The translations under genes were made by a program, and so were the position numbers. DNA of 64,000 nucleotides from Sumerlaeia bacterium (GTDB lineage: Bacteria > Sumerlaeota > Sumerlaeia > SLMS01 > JAHLLQ01), in assembly GCA_040219255.1 (NCBI GenBank), contig JAVJSW010000012.1, positions 90,484-154,483 of the forward strand, in the 5' to 3' direction. The notes under the pieces were generated by a model that was given only the letters and a program-made list of their open reading frames with translations, had not been told where the DNA came from and made no database searches. This document shows, piece after piece, positions 19,927-29,749 of the stretch. The stretch's first letter is position 1; each line of letters starts with the position of its first letter.

Positions 19927-19993
19927 ACAGTCGAAATCGACTTGTGGAGCATCGGCCGAAGGCAAAGAGGGAAGCGGCGCGCCGTGGGGGGAT

Positions 19994-20968
19994 TCAATCG
20001 CGCACCAGTGGCTCGACAATCTCCACGGCCTGGGCGAGGCGCTGGTCCCAGTCGCCTCGGATGATTCGATAGGGCCGGCCGAGCCGCTCCAGCTTTTCGC
20101 GGCACAGATCGAAGAATTCGCGGCGGCAGTCTTCATAGAACCGCTGGCCATCGGGCACCCAAGGCACATCGACATCCAACAGCAAGGTCATGTCGTAGCG
20201 GCGGCGGGCCGCTTCGTCTTCGATCCAGGACGGACAATCCTGGAAGAGGCAGTGGCTCCAGATCGTCGTGGTGGCGAGGTCCGTGTCGGTGAACAGGACG
20301 CGATTGGCCTGGAGCGCGAGTGCGTCCTCGGAAGCCATCTGACCGCGGGCGATGCGGGGGATGTCGTCGCGGCCGCACTGGCCGTCCTGGAAGTCCAGCA
20401 GAGGCCGGGCGTATTCGGCGGCGTAGACGGTGCGGAAGTGCGCGGCGAGGTTTCGCGCGAGGGTGGATTTGCCGGTGGACTCGGGGCCGAAGACGCAGAC
20501 GCGCTTGACGAAATAGGGCCGGGCCTGGGGCAGGAGATAGGGCCAATGGGTCATGGGCCGCTCGCGCAGGGCCGTCCCCGATACCGGCACCAGTTCCCGG
20601 GCGTGATCGACGGGGATGTATTCGGCGCCGAGTTCCTCGGCGAGGCGGAAGCCATAGTCTTCCGAGGCGAAGACGTAGTCCGGTCCCTCGGGCAGAAAAC
20701 GCCGGATGGCGCGGCGCCAGATGTCCCAGAAGTCCGGGTGCTCGTGGGGGTATTGGGGGATGTCTTCCGCCAGGTGGCAGAAGCGGACGGTGGGGAAAGC
20801 CTCGCGGAGCCACTGGTAGCGCAGGTGTCCGGGGATCGGCTCGCGCTCGAGCGTCCCCACCAGCACCGTCAGGTCCGGCGCGATGTGGCGCGCGAAGTCG
20901 ATGAGGTACTGATGGCCGCGATGGGGCGGCAGGAACTTGCCGAGGAGAAAGCCGCTGGCGCCGGGCAT
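19994..20968 (-). CDS. nadR: NadR-type NMN adenylyltransferase / ribosylnicotinamide kinase (no HTH domain)
   Basis: GKFLPPHRGH, VFASEDYG, VSGT, GPESTGKST, EYAR, FTDTD, PWVPDGQR. Confidence 0.9.
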   Translation of the reverse strand: MPGASGFLLGKFLPPHRGHQYLIDFARHIAPDLTVLVGTLEREPIPGHLRYQWLREAFPTVRFCHLAEDIPQYPHEHPDFWDIWRRAIRRFLPEGPDYVFASEDYGFRLAEELGAEYIPVDHARELVPVSGTALRERPMTHWPYLLPQARPYFVKRVCVFGPESTGKSTLARNLAAHFRTVYAAEYARPLLDFQDGQCGRDDIPRIARGQMASEDALALQANRVLFTDTDLATTTIWSHCLFQDCPSWIEDEAARRRYDMTLLLDVDVPWVPDGQRFYEDCRREFFDLCREKLERLGRPYRIIRGDWDQRLAQAVEIVEPLVRD

Positions 20969-20969
20969 C

Positions 20970-21557
20970 TTAGATGGCCTCGCCGGATGCCATGGCGCGC
21001 CTCCAGGCGAAGAACCCGAGTGTGGCCATGACGAGGAAGACGGCGTAGAGCACCGAGGTCTGGTGCAGGCCCTTGACCAGGTAGATACCGATGGCGAGGA
21101 CATCGACGGCGATCCAGAAGAGCCAGGACTGGAGCACCTTGCGGCCCATGAGCCACTGGGCGATGAGGCTGAGAACCGTTGTCGCGGCGTCCCAGTAAGG
21201 GAGCGAGGCGTCCGTCGTGCGGCTCATGACCGTCCCGAGGAGCACCATTCCCACCAGCCCAGTCCCGATCCAGCCGGCCATCCAGGCCGCTGGAATGATG
21301 CGCACGGGCGCCCTGCCCCGGTCGCGGCCGCCATGCAGCCAGAACCACCAGCCGTAGATCTGGAGGCCGATGTAGATGACCTGAAGCCCCATGTCGGAGT
21401 AGAGCTTGGCGTTCCAGAAAATATAGACGTAGAGGACGACCATGGCGAGGCCGGTGGGCCAGCACCAAATGTTCTGGCGAATCGTCAGCCAAACGCACAG
21501 CAACCCGAAGATCGTCGCCGCCGTTTCAATCAGGAAATTCCACTCGGCGGCGCTCAT
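20970..21557 (-). CDS. pnuC: Nicotinamide riboside transporter PnuC
   Basis: NIWCWPTG, KLYSDMGLQ, YGWWFW, PYWDA, AQWLMGRK, W..WIAVD; adjacent to nadR. Confidence 0.92.
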   Translation of the reverse strand: MSAAEWNFLIETAATIFGLLCVWLTIRQNIWCWPTGLAMVVLYVYIFWNAKLYSDMGLQVIYIGLQIYGWWFWLHGGRDRGRAPVRIIPAAWMAGWIGTGLVGMVLLGTVMSRTTDASLPYWDAATTVLSLIAQWLMGRKVLQSWLFWIAVDVLAIGIYLVKGLHQTSVLYAVFLVMATLGFFAWRRAMASGEAI

Positions 21558-21564
21558 GGGCGGA

Positions 21565-22959
21565 TCAGTTGCCCCCTTCGGCGGCTTTCTCGGTGGGCGT
21601 TTCGGGCACGATGCCGAGGGCGTTTTCCGCCATGACGACGGCTTCGTGGATGTCGGCGAGTTGGATGGGCGTTTCCTTCGTGTCGATTTCCGCCAGGACC
21701 AGCCAGCCCCGGCCCGCTCCGGCGTCGTTCCACGAGCGCAGCAGATCGATCTGGTCGCTCTTCTTCAGTTTCCCCGTCTGCGGGTCCCAAACTTCCAGGG
21801 ACTTGATGCAGCCCAGCGACGGCACCAGCGGATAGAAGGGCTCGTCCTTATAGAATTCCGGGTTGGTGGTGGTGCCGTGGGCGATGATGCCGCTGCGGCC
21901 TGCCTTGCCGGCGAGGAAAGCCTCCGTCATGGGGAAGTACCGGTTCCAGCCCTGGGGCAGCAGCGCCGAATAGGCCGTCTGAGTCATCGTGATCGTCGTT
22001 CCCGAGTCGTCGTCGAACCAGGCGTTGGCGTGGATTTCGAAGGGCATATAGGCGTCGATAAAGGGGGTTGGGCCGATGAACTGGTTTTCCGAAACGCCGG
22101 TGCCGGTGATGGAGTAGAGGCCCTGGGGCGAGTAGCCGTTGGTGATGGTGCCGGGCAGGCCGGAGGCGGATTGGGCCAGGTGGGGGATGTGCCAGAGGGT
22201 GCCGTCCTCGCGCCGCAGGAAGGAGCCGTCGGCTTTGCGGATGAGGGCGATGCCGGGGATGATGCGGTTGTGGCGATGGAGGCTGAAGAGAACGGTGCGG
22301 CCGAGAAGTTCGCGGGCGCCGAGAAGATCCTCGAGCGGCGGGCGCTTCTCCAGGCTGGCTTGCATGTTCATGCGGGGGCGCAGTTCGCGGCGCAGGGCCA
22401 CGATGATCGGATCGTCGGTCAGGTTGAGTTGGCCGAAGTGCTCGCTGGCCGCCTCGCGGATGGTCCTGCGCGTGCCGTCCGGGTCGATGCGCAGCAGGTA
22501 ATAGGCCGCCATGGCGAACTGCTTTTTATCGGTGATGGTGGGAAGAAGGGCGGTGATTTCGGCCTGGAACTCGGTGGGGAACAAGCCGTAGATGGCTTCC
22601 AGGGCCTTGCGCCGGGTTTCGTCGTCGGTTTGCGCGTGGTAATTTGCGAGGACCTGGCCGAGGGCGTTCTTGACCCGCTCGGAGCGGTCGCGCGTGTGGA
22701 GGGCGGCCCAGAAGGCTTTGCGGTAGAGGGCTTCGGTTTCGGGCGTCAGGGGCTGCGCCAAAGCCCCGGCGAGAGCCTCCGTCTCCATTTCCTTCTTGAA
22801 GGCCTCGCGGGCCTCCTTCTTCGTGCGCTCGGCGGTATGCACCGCCGGGTCCGGAATGGGGACCTGGCCCAGGAAGGCGGGTTCCTGAGCGGGGGCGGTG
22901 AGGGCGAGAGCGAGGAAGAAGGCTCCGCCGAAAATTCCAAGACGTTTTTGAATGACCAT
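21565..22959 (-). CDS. Secreted protein with a C-terminal L,D-transpeptidase (YkuD)-like motif
   Basis: Signal peptide ending APA-Q; NGYSPQGLYSI and RSGIIAHG-x16-SLGCI. Confidence 0.55.
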   Translation of the reverse strand: MVIQKRLGIFGGAFFLALALTAPAQEPAFLGQVPIPDPAVHTAERTKKEAREAFKKEMETEALAGALAQPLTPETEALYRKAFWAALHTRDRSERVKNALGQVLANYHAQTDDETRRKALEAIYGLFPTEFQAEITALLPTITDKKQFAMAAYYLLRIDPDGTRRTIREAASEHFGQLNLTDDPIIVALRRELRPRMNMQASLEKRPPLEDLLGARELLGRTVLFSLHRHNRIIPGIALIRKADGSFLRREDGTLWHIPHLAQSASGLPGTITNGYSPQGLYSITGTGVSENQFIGPTPFIDAYMPFEIHANAWFDDDSGTTITMTQTAYSALLPQGWNRYFPMTEAFLAGKAGRSGIIAHGTTTNPEFYKDEPFYPLVPSLGCIKSLEVWDPQTGKLKKSDQIDLLRSWNDAGAGRGWLVLAEIDTKETPIQLADIHEAVVMAENALGIVPETPTEKAAEGGN

Positions 22960-23162
22960 GCCTATGAACCTGACTGTGGCGCCTTGCCGGCAGAGGCGCA
23001 GCGCGCGATGGGACTGATTTCCACGGCGCATCGTGGGAAAGGGCGCGGGTCGAGGCAATGGGGTTTTGAGGACCTTCCCCCGATTAGCCCTCCCAATCTT
23101 CCGACCCCAATCGCCCAGCCGAATTCCGTCTCCCACAGCTGCGACCCCCCTTGTCGGAGCGA

Positions 23163-23678
23163 TCAACCGAGGCTCGCGATGGTCTTCATCGGGAGAAATA
23201 GCCGCCTGTCTTGACTGGGGAACTTTCGGAAACCAAAGCGCTCGTAGAACCGCACCGCGGCTTCGGCGATCGCATCGACGATCATGGCGACGGAACCGAT
23301 ATCGCGATTGGCCGCGACGCTCCGCAGCAGAGCGTCGCTCAGAAGCAGTTGGCCAAAACCCTTGCCTTGATGCTCCCGCGAGACGGCCAGGCGACCAAGA
23401 AGGGTGGCCGGCAAGAGGGGATAGCGCGGCATTTTCTTCGCGAAATCGGGCGGAATCGCTTGGGGGTCGATGGCCGACGCGGAGAGCGTGTAGTAGCCTC
23501 CGATCCGGCCCGTCTCCTTCTCGATCAGAACGAACGGCGCGGCAACGAACTTGCGGGCTTCCTGGCCTGCTTGAGTCTGAAAATACCGGTCGAGGACTTC
23601 ATTGCCGCAATCGAAGTGGCTCCGGTCGTGAGATGGAGAAAGTGGCTCGATGGACCAACCGGCGGGAGGGAGGGTCAA
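23163..23678 (-). CDS. GNAT acetyltransferase toxin (TacT/AtaT family)
   Basis: HDRSHFDCG..LDRY, GYYTLSA, PATLLGRLAV..QGKGFG..LL.DAL, VDA, FYERFGF. Confidence 0.92.
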   Translation of the reverse strand: MTLPPAGWSIEPLSPSHDRSHFDCGNEVLDRYFQTQAGQEARKFVAAPFVLIEKETGRIGGYYTLSASAIDPQAIPPDFAKKMPRYPLLPATLLGRLAVSREHQGKGFGQLLLSDALLRSVAANRDIGSVAMIVDAIAEAAVRFYERFGFRKFPSQDRRLFLPMKTIASLG

Positions 23679-23962
23679 CGCGGCTCACCGAAGTACTCGC
23701 GGTGTTGGCGAAAGGCTTCTTTGAGGGCGTCGTTCGCCTCCGGCGGATTGCGCAGTGCCTCGAAGAAAAGCTCCCGGTCTTGCTCCGTGAGCGTGATAAT
23801 CTCGTGGGACTCGATGACGTGATCGGCCTTCTCTCGAACGGCATCGACCACAAAATCGGACAGAGTGCATCCCTGGATGGCGGCCGCCTTGATCAGGCGC
23901 TCCTTCATGATAGGATTCACGCGGGCTTCGATTCGGCTGGTTTTCGTCGCGTTGGTGTCCAT
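23675..23962 (-). CDS. DUF1778 RHH antitoxin (TacA/AtaR family)
   Basis: RIEARV..K..LIKAAAIQG.TLSDFV...ITL...D...FFEALRNPPEANDALK; overlaps the toxin start. Confidence 0.92.
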   Translation of the reverse strand: MDTNATKTSRIEARVNPIMKERLIKAAAIQGCTLSDFVVDAVREKADHVIESHEIITLTEQDRELFFEALRNPPEANDALKEAFRQHREYFGEPR

Positions 23963-23988
23963 GGGCAAATCCCCCTCTGATGCCTTCC

Positions 23989-24016
23989 ATTGTACTCCAT
24001 TTGTCGGGCAAGTCAA
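23989..24016 (-). promoter_or_regulatory. sigma70-like promoter of the toxin-antitoxin operon
   Basis: Minus strand TTGACT-16 nt-TACAAT, 26 nt upstream of the antitoxin ATG, with a GAGGGG RBS. Confidence 0.6.
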
Positions 24017-24131
24017 GCGGTGCTGAGGTGGGGACCATTCCTCAAGGTGCCCTTCCAATCTTTCACGACGATGTAACCTGACAAGAAGTCGCCTTTCCCG
24101 CATCACTCCACTAAGTTCGACAAAGACAACC

Positions 24132-24152
24132 CTCTCCGCGTCTCCGTGGTGA
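24132..24152. repeat. Single arm of the 9-nt-periodic CACRGAG repeat family
   Basis: CTCTCCGCGTCTCCGTGGTGA is the near reverse complement of the arm at 52490. Confidence 0.6.
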
Positions 24153-24179
24153 TTTCAGGCAAGAAACGTGGCGCTGCCG

Positions 24180-25109
24180 TCAATGCAGCCGCCGCGGCTT
24201 GACGTCGCGCAGCGCCTCGCCGATGTCCTGCGGGCGGACGAAGGCGTCGTCCGGCGCGATGGCGCGCGCCGTGGCGCAGGCGGTGGCGAAGGCGAGCAGC
24301 TCGCCGCCGCGCTCGCCCCGGTTCCAGGCGTCCGCCATGCCCGCCAGAAAGCTGTCGCCGGCGCCCACCACGTCGCGGTCCACGGTGCGGCTGGGGGCGC
24401 AGGACCAGACCTGGCCGTCCTTCTGCACGAGGAGCGCCCCGTGCCGCGCATCCGTCAGGCAAACCGCCTCGCAGCCCTTGGTCAGGAACTCCTTGGCGGC
24501 GTCCTCGAGCCCCGCGAAGCCGGAGCCGATGGTCCAGGGCAGAAGCTCCTGGGCTTCGGCGCGGTTGATCTTCAGCACCGTGGGCGGGGATTTTTCGAGG
24601 GTCAGGCGCAGGGGTTCGCCCGCCACGTCGAGGAAAACCGCTGGCTGCCAGGGCTGGGCGCGGACGATGCCCGTCCAGGCGTAGTCCGGCAGGCCGGGCG
24701 GCAGGCTGCCGGCGAGGATCAGGGCGACGTCCTGGCCGCGAAAGCCGGGCAGTTTGGCGAGGAACTCGCGGAATTTGGCGACGGAGACGGGCGCGCCGGG
24801 GGTGTTGATTTTCAGCAGGCGGCCCGATTCTTCCTCGCGCGCGTGGATGTTGATGCGCGTCGCCACGCCCGGGTCGGTGTGAAAGAGAGGCAGGTCCTCG
24901 CGCGAGGCGAGTTGGGCGAAATCCCGGTCGCAGAGCGCGCACGCCACCGTCGGCGAGCCGATGGCGTGGAGCAGCCGCGAGGCGTTGATGCCCTTGCCGC
25001 CGGCGAAGCGCCGTTCGTCCGGCGAACGCAGCACGGCGTCGAAGCGGATTTTCGGCACGGAAACCCAAAGATCGACGGAGGGGTTGAGGGTGAAAGTGAG
25101 TGTGAGCAT
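24180..25109 (-). CDS. 1-phosphofructokinase-family hexose kinase (PfkB)
   Basis: TLNPSVD, AGGKGINAS, TRIN, INTPG, AGSLPPG, KINRAE, DVVGAGDSFLAG. Confidence 0.9.
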   Translation of the reverse strand: MLTLTFTLNPSVDLWVSVPKIRFDAVLRSPDERRFAGGKGINASRLLHAIGSPTVACALCDRDFAQLASREDLPLFHTDPGVATRINIHAREEESGRLLKINTPGAPVSVAKFREFLAKLPGFRGQDVALILAGSLPPGLPDYAWTGIVRAQPWQPAVFLDVAGEPLRLTLEKSPPTVLKINRAEAQELLPWTIGSGFAGLEDAAKEFLTKGCEAVCLTDARHGALLVQKDGQVWSCAPSRTVDRDVVGAGDSFLAGMADAWNRGERGGELLAFATACATARAIAPDDAFVRPQDIGEALRDVKPRRLH

Positions 25110-25578
25110 GACGCGGGAACGGTAGGGGCCGGGGGGCGCGCGCTCAAGGCGCAAAGTGTGCGCCGCCCCGCCCTTGGGCGGAAAGGACGGAGGGTGCTCG
25201 CCGCGCCGCCTGGGCACGCCGCCGGGAACGCATTGTGCTTCACTTCGCGGGGTTATCACCTGGAAGCGCTTCGCCGGCAGGCGGCACCAATGAATGCGGG
25301 AGGTATGAACTAACTCTCTTTTTTCCAGTCGTCTTGTCGATTCTCGCCGATGAATGACGAGTCGATTCTCCATGAATGTGAAAGTGATTTCGCTCCTCAC
25401 TTCCCGTTGACGTGACGGTGCGAAGTGGGCACGGTGCGCTCCTATTAGCGGTGAGGCGGCTTGTCCGTCCTCGGTTGCGGTGGCGTGTTCCCAACCCCTG
25501 GGATGCGACCGAAATGAGAGCGACCGGCGGACAGGTCGTTCCGAACCCACCATCCGCAACACCGAGGATGACGACATT

Positions 25579-26691
25579 ATGTCCGTACCCTTTATGGATT
25601 TGGCCGCAGATAACGAGCCTCTTCTCGAAGACTTCCTGGAAGACCTGAAGGAAGTATTCGAGAGTGGCCACTTCGTCGGTGGACCGACCGTTCAGAAATT
25701 CGAAGAGACGTTCTCGCGATTTATCGGCGTGAAGCAGACCGTGAGCTGCGGAAGCGGCTCCGATTCGCTGACCATGGCCCTGCGGGCCGTGGGCGTGGGC
25801 GGCGGAGACGAAGTGCTCTGCCCCGCCTTCGGCTACGCCTCCGTTCCCGAAGCGGTCGCCCGCCTGGGCGCCACGCCGGTTTTCGTGGACTGCCATCCGG
25901 GCACCTACTGCATGGACCCGGAGAAGGCCGTTTCGAACATGAACCAACGGACCAAGGCGATCATCGCGGTCCACCTGTACGGCCAGGCCTGTGACGTGAA
26001 CAAGATCACCCACGTCGCCCGCACCGACAGCGTCATCGTTATGGAAGACGTGCGCCAGGCCACGGGCGCCCGCATCGGCAACCGCCGGCTGGGCACCTAT
26101 GGCGATTTCGGCATCTTCAGCTTCCACCCGGAAAATCCGCTCGGCGGCGTGGGCGACGGCGGCGCCGTGACCACGAATCACGAGCGCCACGCGGAAACGA
26201 TCCGTTTCCTCAAGGATCACGGCCGCGCCAGCGGCGCGGAAGTCTCCGATTATGTCGGTTACAACAGCCGTCTCGACGCCATCCAGGCGGTTATGATCTT
26301 GCAGAAGCTGCAAGATCTGGACGAGGACAACGCCGAGCGCATCGAGAACGCGCGCCTCTACAACAAGATGTTCGCCGGCTCGCCGGTGCAGACGCCTCAA
26401 TTCTTCGACGATGGCAGCCACATCTACTCGAATTACGTGGTGATGGTGCCGGAGCGCGATAAGCTGGTGGAGACGCTGAAGGCCAAGAACATCGGCTATC
26501 GCCTTCCTTGCCCGCAAGCCTGCCACCTACAGCCGGCCTTCAGCTACCTGGGCTATCAGCAGGGCGCTTTCCCCGTGGCGGAAGAACTGGCGGCGAAGGC
26601 GCTGGCGCTGCCGATCTGCCCGAACCTGAAGAAGAAGCACATCGAAACGGTGGGCGAGACGATCCTGGGCCACTACGGCGCCGCGATCTAA
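25579..26691 (+). CDS. DegT/DnrJ/EryC1/StrS-family aminotransferase-like protein lacking the PLP lysine
   Basis: VPFMDL, GATPVFVD, TKAIIAVHLYGQ, GDGGAVTT, GYNSRLDAIQA; the active-site loop reads FSFHPENPLG instead of SFxPxKxLG. Confidence 0.85.
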   Translation: MSVPFMDLAADNEPLLEDFLEDLKEVFESGHFVGGPTVQKFEETFSRFIGVKQTVSCGSGSDSLTMALRAVGVGGGDEVLCPAFGYASVPEAVARLGATPVFVDCHPGTYCMDPEKAVSNMNQRTKAIIAVHLYGQACDVNKITHVARTDSVIVMEDVRQATGARIGNRRLGTYGDFGIFSFHPENPLGGVGDGGAVTTNHERHAETIRFLKDHGRASGAEVSDYVGYNSRLDAIQAVMILQKLQDLDEDNAERIENARLYNKMFAGSPVQTPQFFDDGSHIYSNYVVMVPERDKLVETLKAKNIGYRLPCPQACHLQPAFSYLGYQQGAFPVAEELAAKALALPICPNLKKKHIETVGETILGHYGAAI

Positions 26692-26725
26692 ACCCGCTTG
26701 GCGTTCCGCTTCAGCTGAAACGTCC

Positions 26726-26760
26726 GGAAGAACCGCGGCCAACAAGGCTGCGGTTCTTCC
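26726..26760. terminator. Hairpin between convergent genes
   Basis: GGAAGAACCGCGGCC-aacaa-GGCTGCGGTTCTTCC. Confidence 0.6.
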
Positions 26761-26776
26761 ATTTAAGGCCAAGGCA

Positions 26777-27172
26777 TCAGAAGGCGGCGCGCATTTCCAG
26801 CAGCGCGGCCCGCTCCTCGTCGATTTCGCGCATGGTGCGCACGCCTAGGCGCCGCAGCACCGCCAGGGGAGGGCACCAGCCCTGGAGGGCGTGCTGGAGC
26901 AAGAAGCCGCTGACCGCCAGCGGCAGAATCAGCGCGCGCCGATGACCCATCAGGCCCATGGCGGTGCCCGCCAGCATGAGAGTGGAGGCGTTGGCTTCCA
27001 AGGTGCGTTCCGTGTCCCATTCGCGATCGAGTTCCTCGAGACGGTGATCGATCAGTTCCGGATGGCGGGCGTAGAATTGGATGCTGCGCTCCGTGTTGGC
27101 TTCGATGCGGGCGTTCAGGCTGTCGCGGGTGTGCTCGGGAACCCGGCGGGAGGTTGCGGGGAGAGTGGTCAT
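26777..27172 (-). CDS. DUF2892 (YgaP-like) membrane protein
   Basis: RLEELDREWDTERTLEANAS...FLLQHALQGWCPP..VLRRLGVRT.REIDEER; AAAGGA RBS. Confidence 0.8.
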   Translation of the reverse strand: MTTLPATSRRVPEHTRDSLNARIEANTERSIQFYARHPELIDHRLEELDREWDTERTLEANASTLMLAGTAMGLMGHRRALILPLAVSGFLLQHALQGWCPPLAVLRRLGVRTMREIDEERAALLEMRAAF

Positions 27173-27258
27173 AGTGGTCGTTCCTTTGACGAGATGGTTT
27201 GCCGCTTCCGGAGAAGAGGTTTTGCAAGGGTCGTGACAAGGGACGGAGCAGGGGGCGG

Positions 27259-29424
27259 TCAGGGGGTGGAAATTTCCGCGCGAACGGCGGAGAGGTCGCG
27301 CTGGAGCTGGAGCTGGCGGAGTTCGACAAGGCCCTCGCGGTCCGTCAGGTCGAGGCGGACCCGCAAAAAATTCGGCCCGGCGGCGGCCCAGGACGGGTTC
27401 TCGAGCAACGGCACCCGAACCGAATGCCAGGTGCCGTCGGCAGGGACTCGGCGCGCGATGGAACGGTCCTCGCCAAATGGTCGGCCATCGCTGGTGAAGT
27501 AGACTTGAAACGTGGATTGGCCGCCGGGGTCGCGGGGGACGACGCGCAACTCGACGGCGAGATGGCTGGCCGCGTAGGTCTCCGGCGGCAGGGGCAGGTC
27601 GATCCAGGAGTCGGTGCTGGTGGAGCGGAAGGCGAGCGCACCGTCGTCGGAACTCGGCTCGTCTGGTTCCAAGTGGGCGAAGGCCGCCCCGGAAGGCGCC
27701 CCGGGCCGGATTCGGGAGAGCAGGTTGAGACCGGTGGCGTCGGGGATCTGCTGGGTCGCGGAGAGCCAGCCCGCGATGGCGCGTTCGGGAGTGAAGCGCG
27801 TCCAGACCACCTTGCCGTCGCGGTCGGCGACGAGAAAGACCGTGCCGCCGGCGGAAGGAATGGGATCGTTCAGATTGGTTAGCACGCGGAAGTCCCGGCC
27901 GCCGGCCCAATCCTCCAGATACATCTCGTGAACCAGATAATAGTAGGTCAGCACTCGCGGCAGGTAGGGGCGGATGAGTTCCTGGGGGAAGTCTTGCAGA
28001 TAGAGGGTTGCGCCTTGCGGGGCGCTGGCGAGGAGGGGGGCGAGCTGCTCGCGGTGGCGCTCCATCATGGCGCCGCCCTCGCGCCAGAGTTCGACCGCCA
28101 CCCGCGTCCGCCACGCCGCGGCGAGCAACAGCAGACCGGCCACACCCGCGAGGCCCCGCCGGAGCCAAAGCGCGGCAGGGGGGGTGCCGGGCCGGGGCCA
28201 GAGCGCCTCAGCCACGCGCCCGAGCAGAATCGCCAGCAGCGCGACGGGCAAATAGTAGACGTAGCCACGATCGATGCCGGAATCGGCGATGGCGGGCCGC
28301 GGAACGAGCCAGAGGGCGTTGAGCTGGAACAGACAAAAGCAGGTCACGCCGAGCAGAGGCAAGGGCTGGCCGAGGAGCACGGCGCGGCTCCGGCGCCAGA
28401 GGAGGAGCACTAGCAGCACCGTCAGCACCGACGCCGCGATCCCCGCCAGCAGGCCCACCGGGGCCGTGCCGGGAATGCCCAGCGGAATCGGGTTCGCGTA
28501 GAGCTGGATATCGTTGACGAAGTTCCTGAGATAACGCAGCAGACGGGTCCGGACGGTGACTTCTTCAGCGAAGTAAGGCTGTGCCAGGGTCCCGAGGGCC
28601 ACGCGCCGGACGATCAGGTAGGCCAGCGGCGCCCACGCGAGAGGCAGAAGCAGAGCGGCGGCGCGCCGCGGGCCGGGCACGCGGCGCAGCGATTCGATCA
28701 GCAGCCAAAGCCCAAGCACGCCCATGGCGAGCGCCCCGATCTCGGCCACGAGAGCGAGGAAGAAGACGGCGGGCGAAAGGGCGGCGCTGGCGATGGCGGT
28801 TTGCCGGGCGGTTCTGTCGCTGGCGCGCACCAGCAGGACCTGGAACGCGGATGCCAGAGCCAGAAAAACCAGCGTCGCCGTGATCGTCCAACGCACCGCC
28901 GTGGCCGCGACGGCGGCGGCGATGGACGGATGAAGCGCCAGCACGGCGGCCCCCGCGAGCGCCGGACCGTCGCGCCGCCAGGCCGCGGCTCCCCCGAGTA
29001 CCAGCGGCCCCCTGATGAAGAGAAACACGAGCGCCGCGCACGCCAGGTGCATCAGCAATTGCGCCGTGTGATTCCACGCCGCCGTGTCGGGGCCGATGGC
29101 GTTGATCGCCTGGTCGACCACGCGCGAGCCAAAGCGGTAGTAGAGGCCGGCGCCTTCGTGCAGGTAGGCCGAGCGCAGAAAGAAGGCGAAGGGACTGCGG
29201 CCCTGGATGATGTTCTGCTCGACGGGGGCCTCGTTCATGAAGGGCAGCCGGATGACCGGGGCGTAGATCAGCGCGGTGAGCAGAAGGAGGCCGGCGAGCG
29301 CCAGCCAGGGCAGGAATCGCCGGGCCGGGCAGGCTCCCCCAGTGGCCGGCAGAGCTTGCCCGCCAGGGGAAGGAAGGGGAAAAATCGCGCGCGCGCAGCG
29401 TTGCGTTCGAAGCCAAAGGTGCAT
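27259..29424 (-). CDS. Polytopic membrane protein, GT-C glycosyltransferase-like, with a C-terminal carbohydrate-binding-like domain
   Basis: About 11 hydrophobic segments, YYRF, 'HP..A.AVA', DRGYVYYLP; C-terminus STDSWI...QVYFT...DGTWH...W...LRVRLD. Start uncertain. Confidence 0.6.
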   Translation of the reverse strand: MHLWLRTQRCARAIFPLPSPGGQALPATGGACPARRFLPWLALAGLLLLTALIYAPVIRLPFMNEAPVEQNIIQGRSPFAFFLRSAYLHEGAGLYYRFGSRVVDQAINAIGPDTAAWNHTAQLLMHLACAALVFLFIRGPLVLGGAAAWRRDGPALAGAAVLALHPSIAAAVAATAVRWTITATLVFLALASAFQVLLVRASDRTARQTAIASAALSPAVFFLALVAEIGALAMGVLGLWLLIESLRRVPGPRRAAALLLPLAWAPLAYLIVRRVALGTLAQPYFAEEVTVRTRLLRYLRNFVNDIQLYANPIPLGIPGTAPVGLLAGIAASVLTVLLVLLLWRRSRAVLLGQPLPLLGVTCFCLFQLNALWLVPRPAIADSGIDRGYVYYLPVALLAILLGRVAEALWPRPGTPPAALWLRRGLAGVAGLLLLAAAWRTRVAVELWREGGAMMERHREQLAPLLASAPQGATLYLQDFPQELIRPYLPRVLTYYYLVHEMYLEDWAGGRDFRVLTNLNDPIPSAGGTVFLVADRDGKVVWTRFTPERAIAGWLSATQQIPDATGLNLLSRIRPGAPSGAAFAHLEPDEPSSDDGALAFRSTSTDSWIDLPLPPETYAASHLAVELRVVPRDPGGQSTFQVYFTSDGRPFGEDRSIARRVPADGTWHSVRVPLLENPSWAAAGPNFLRVRLDLTDREGLVELRQLQLQRDLSAVRAEISTP

Positions 29425-29749
29425 GGAAACCGGAGCGGCGGCTCCATTCAAACGATCGAAGTCTGATTCTGAGAAGGACCGCGCGGGGACCGGCAGGTCA
29501 AGGCCCCTTATGCCCGGCGGAACGCGTGGAAGAAAAACAAAGGCTGGGGAAAGTGGGAAGTTCGCGGCGCCGTTCGGCGGTTTGGAACGCAAAGGAGAAA
29601 TGTGACGCAGTCGAGGATCATGACACTTTTCTGTTGCCAATTCCCGCAAGACCTTCACATTGCGCCTCTTTTTGGGATGGTGGAGCGATCCAAACTCGGC
29701 CACCGCTGTGGGCTCCGCCCCAACATTTTGCTTTGAAGGATGAGGTTTC

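Noticed and set aside
25328-25380. Imperfect tandem GTCGATTCTC..ATGAATG repeat upstream of the DegT-like gene
   Set aside because: Only two short copies; it could be an operator but cannot be supported from sequence alone.
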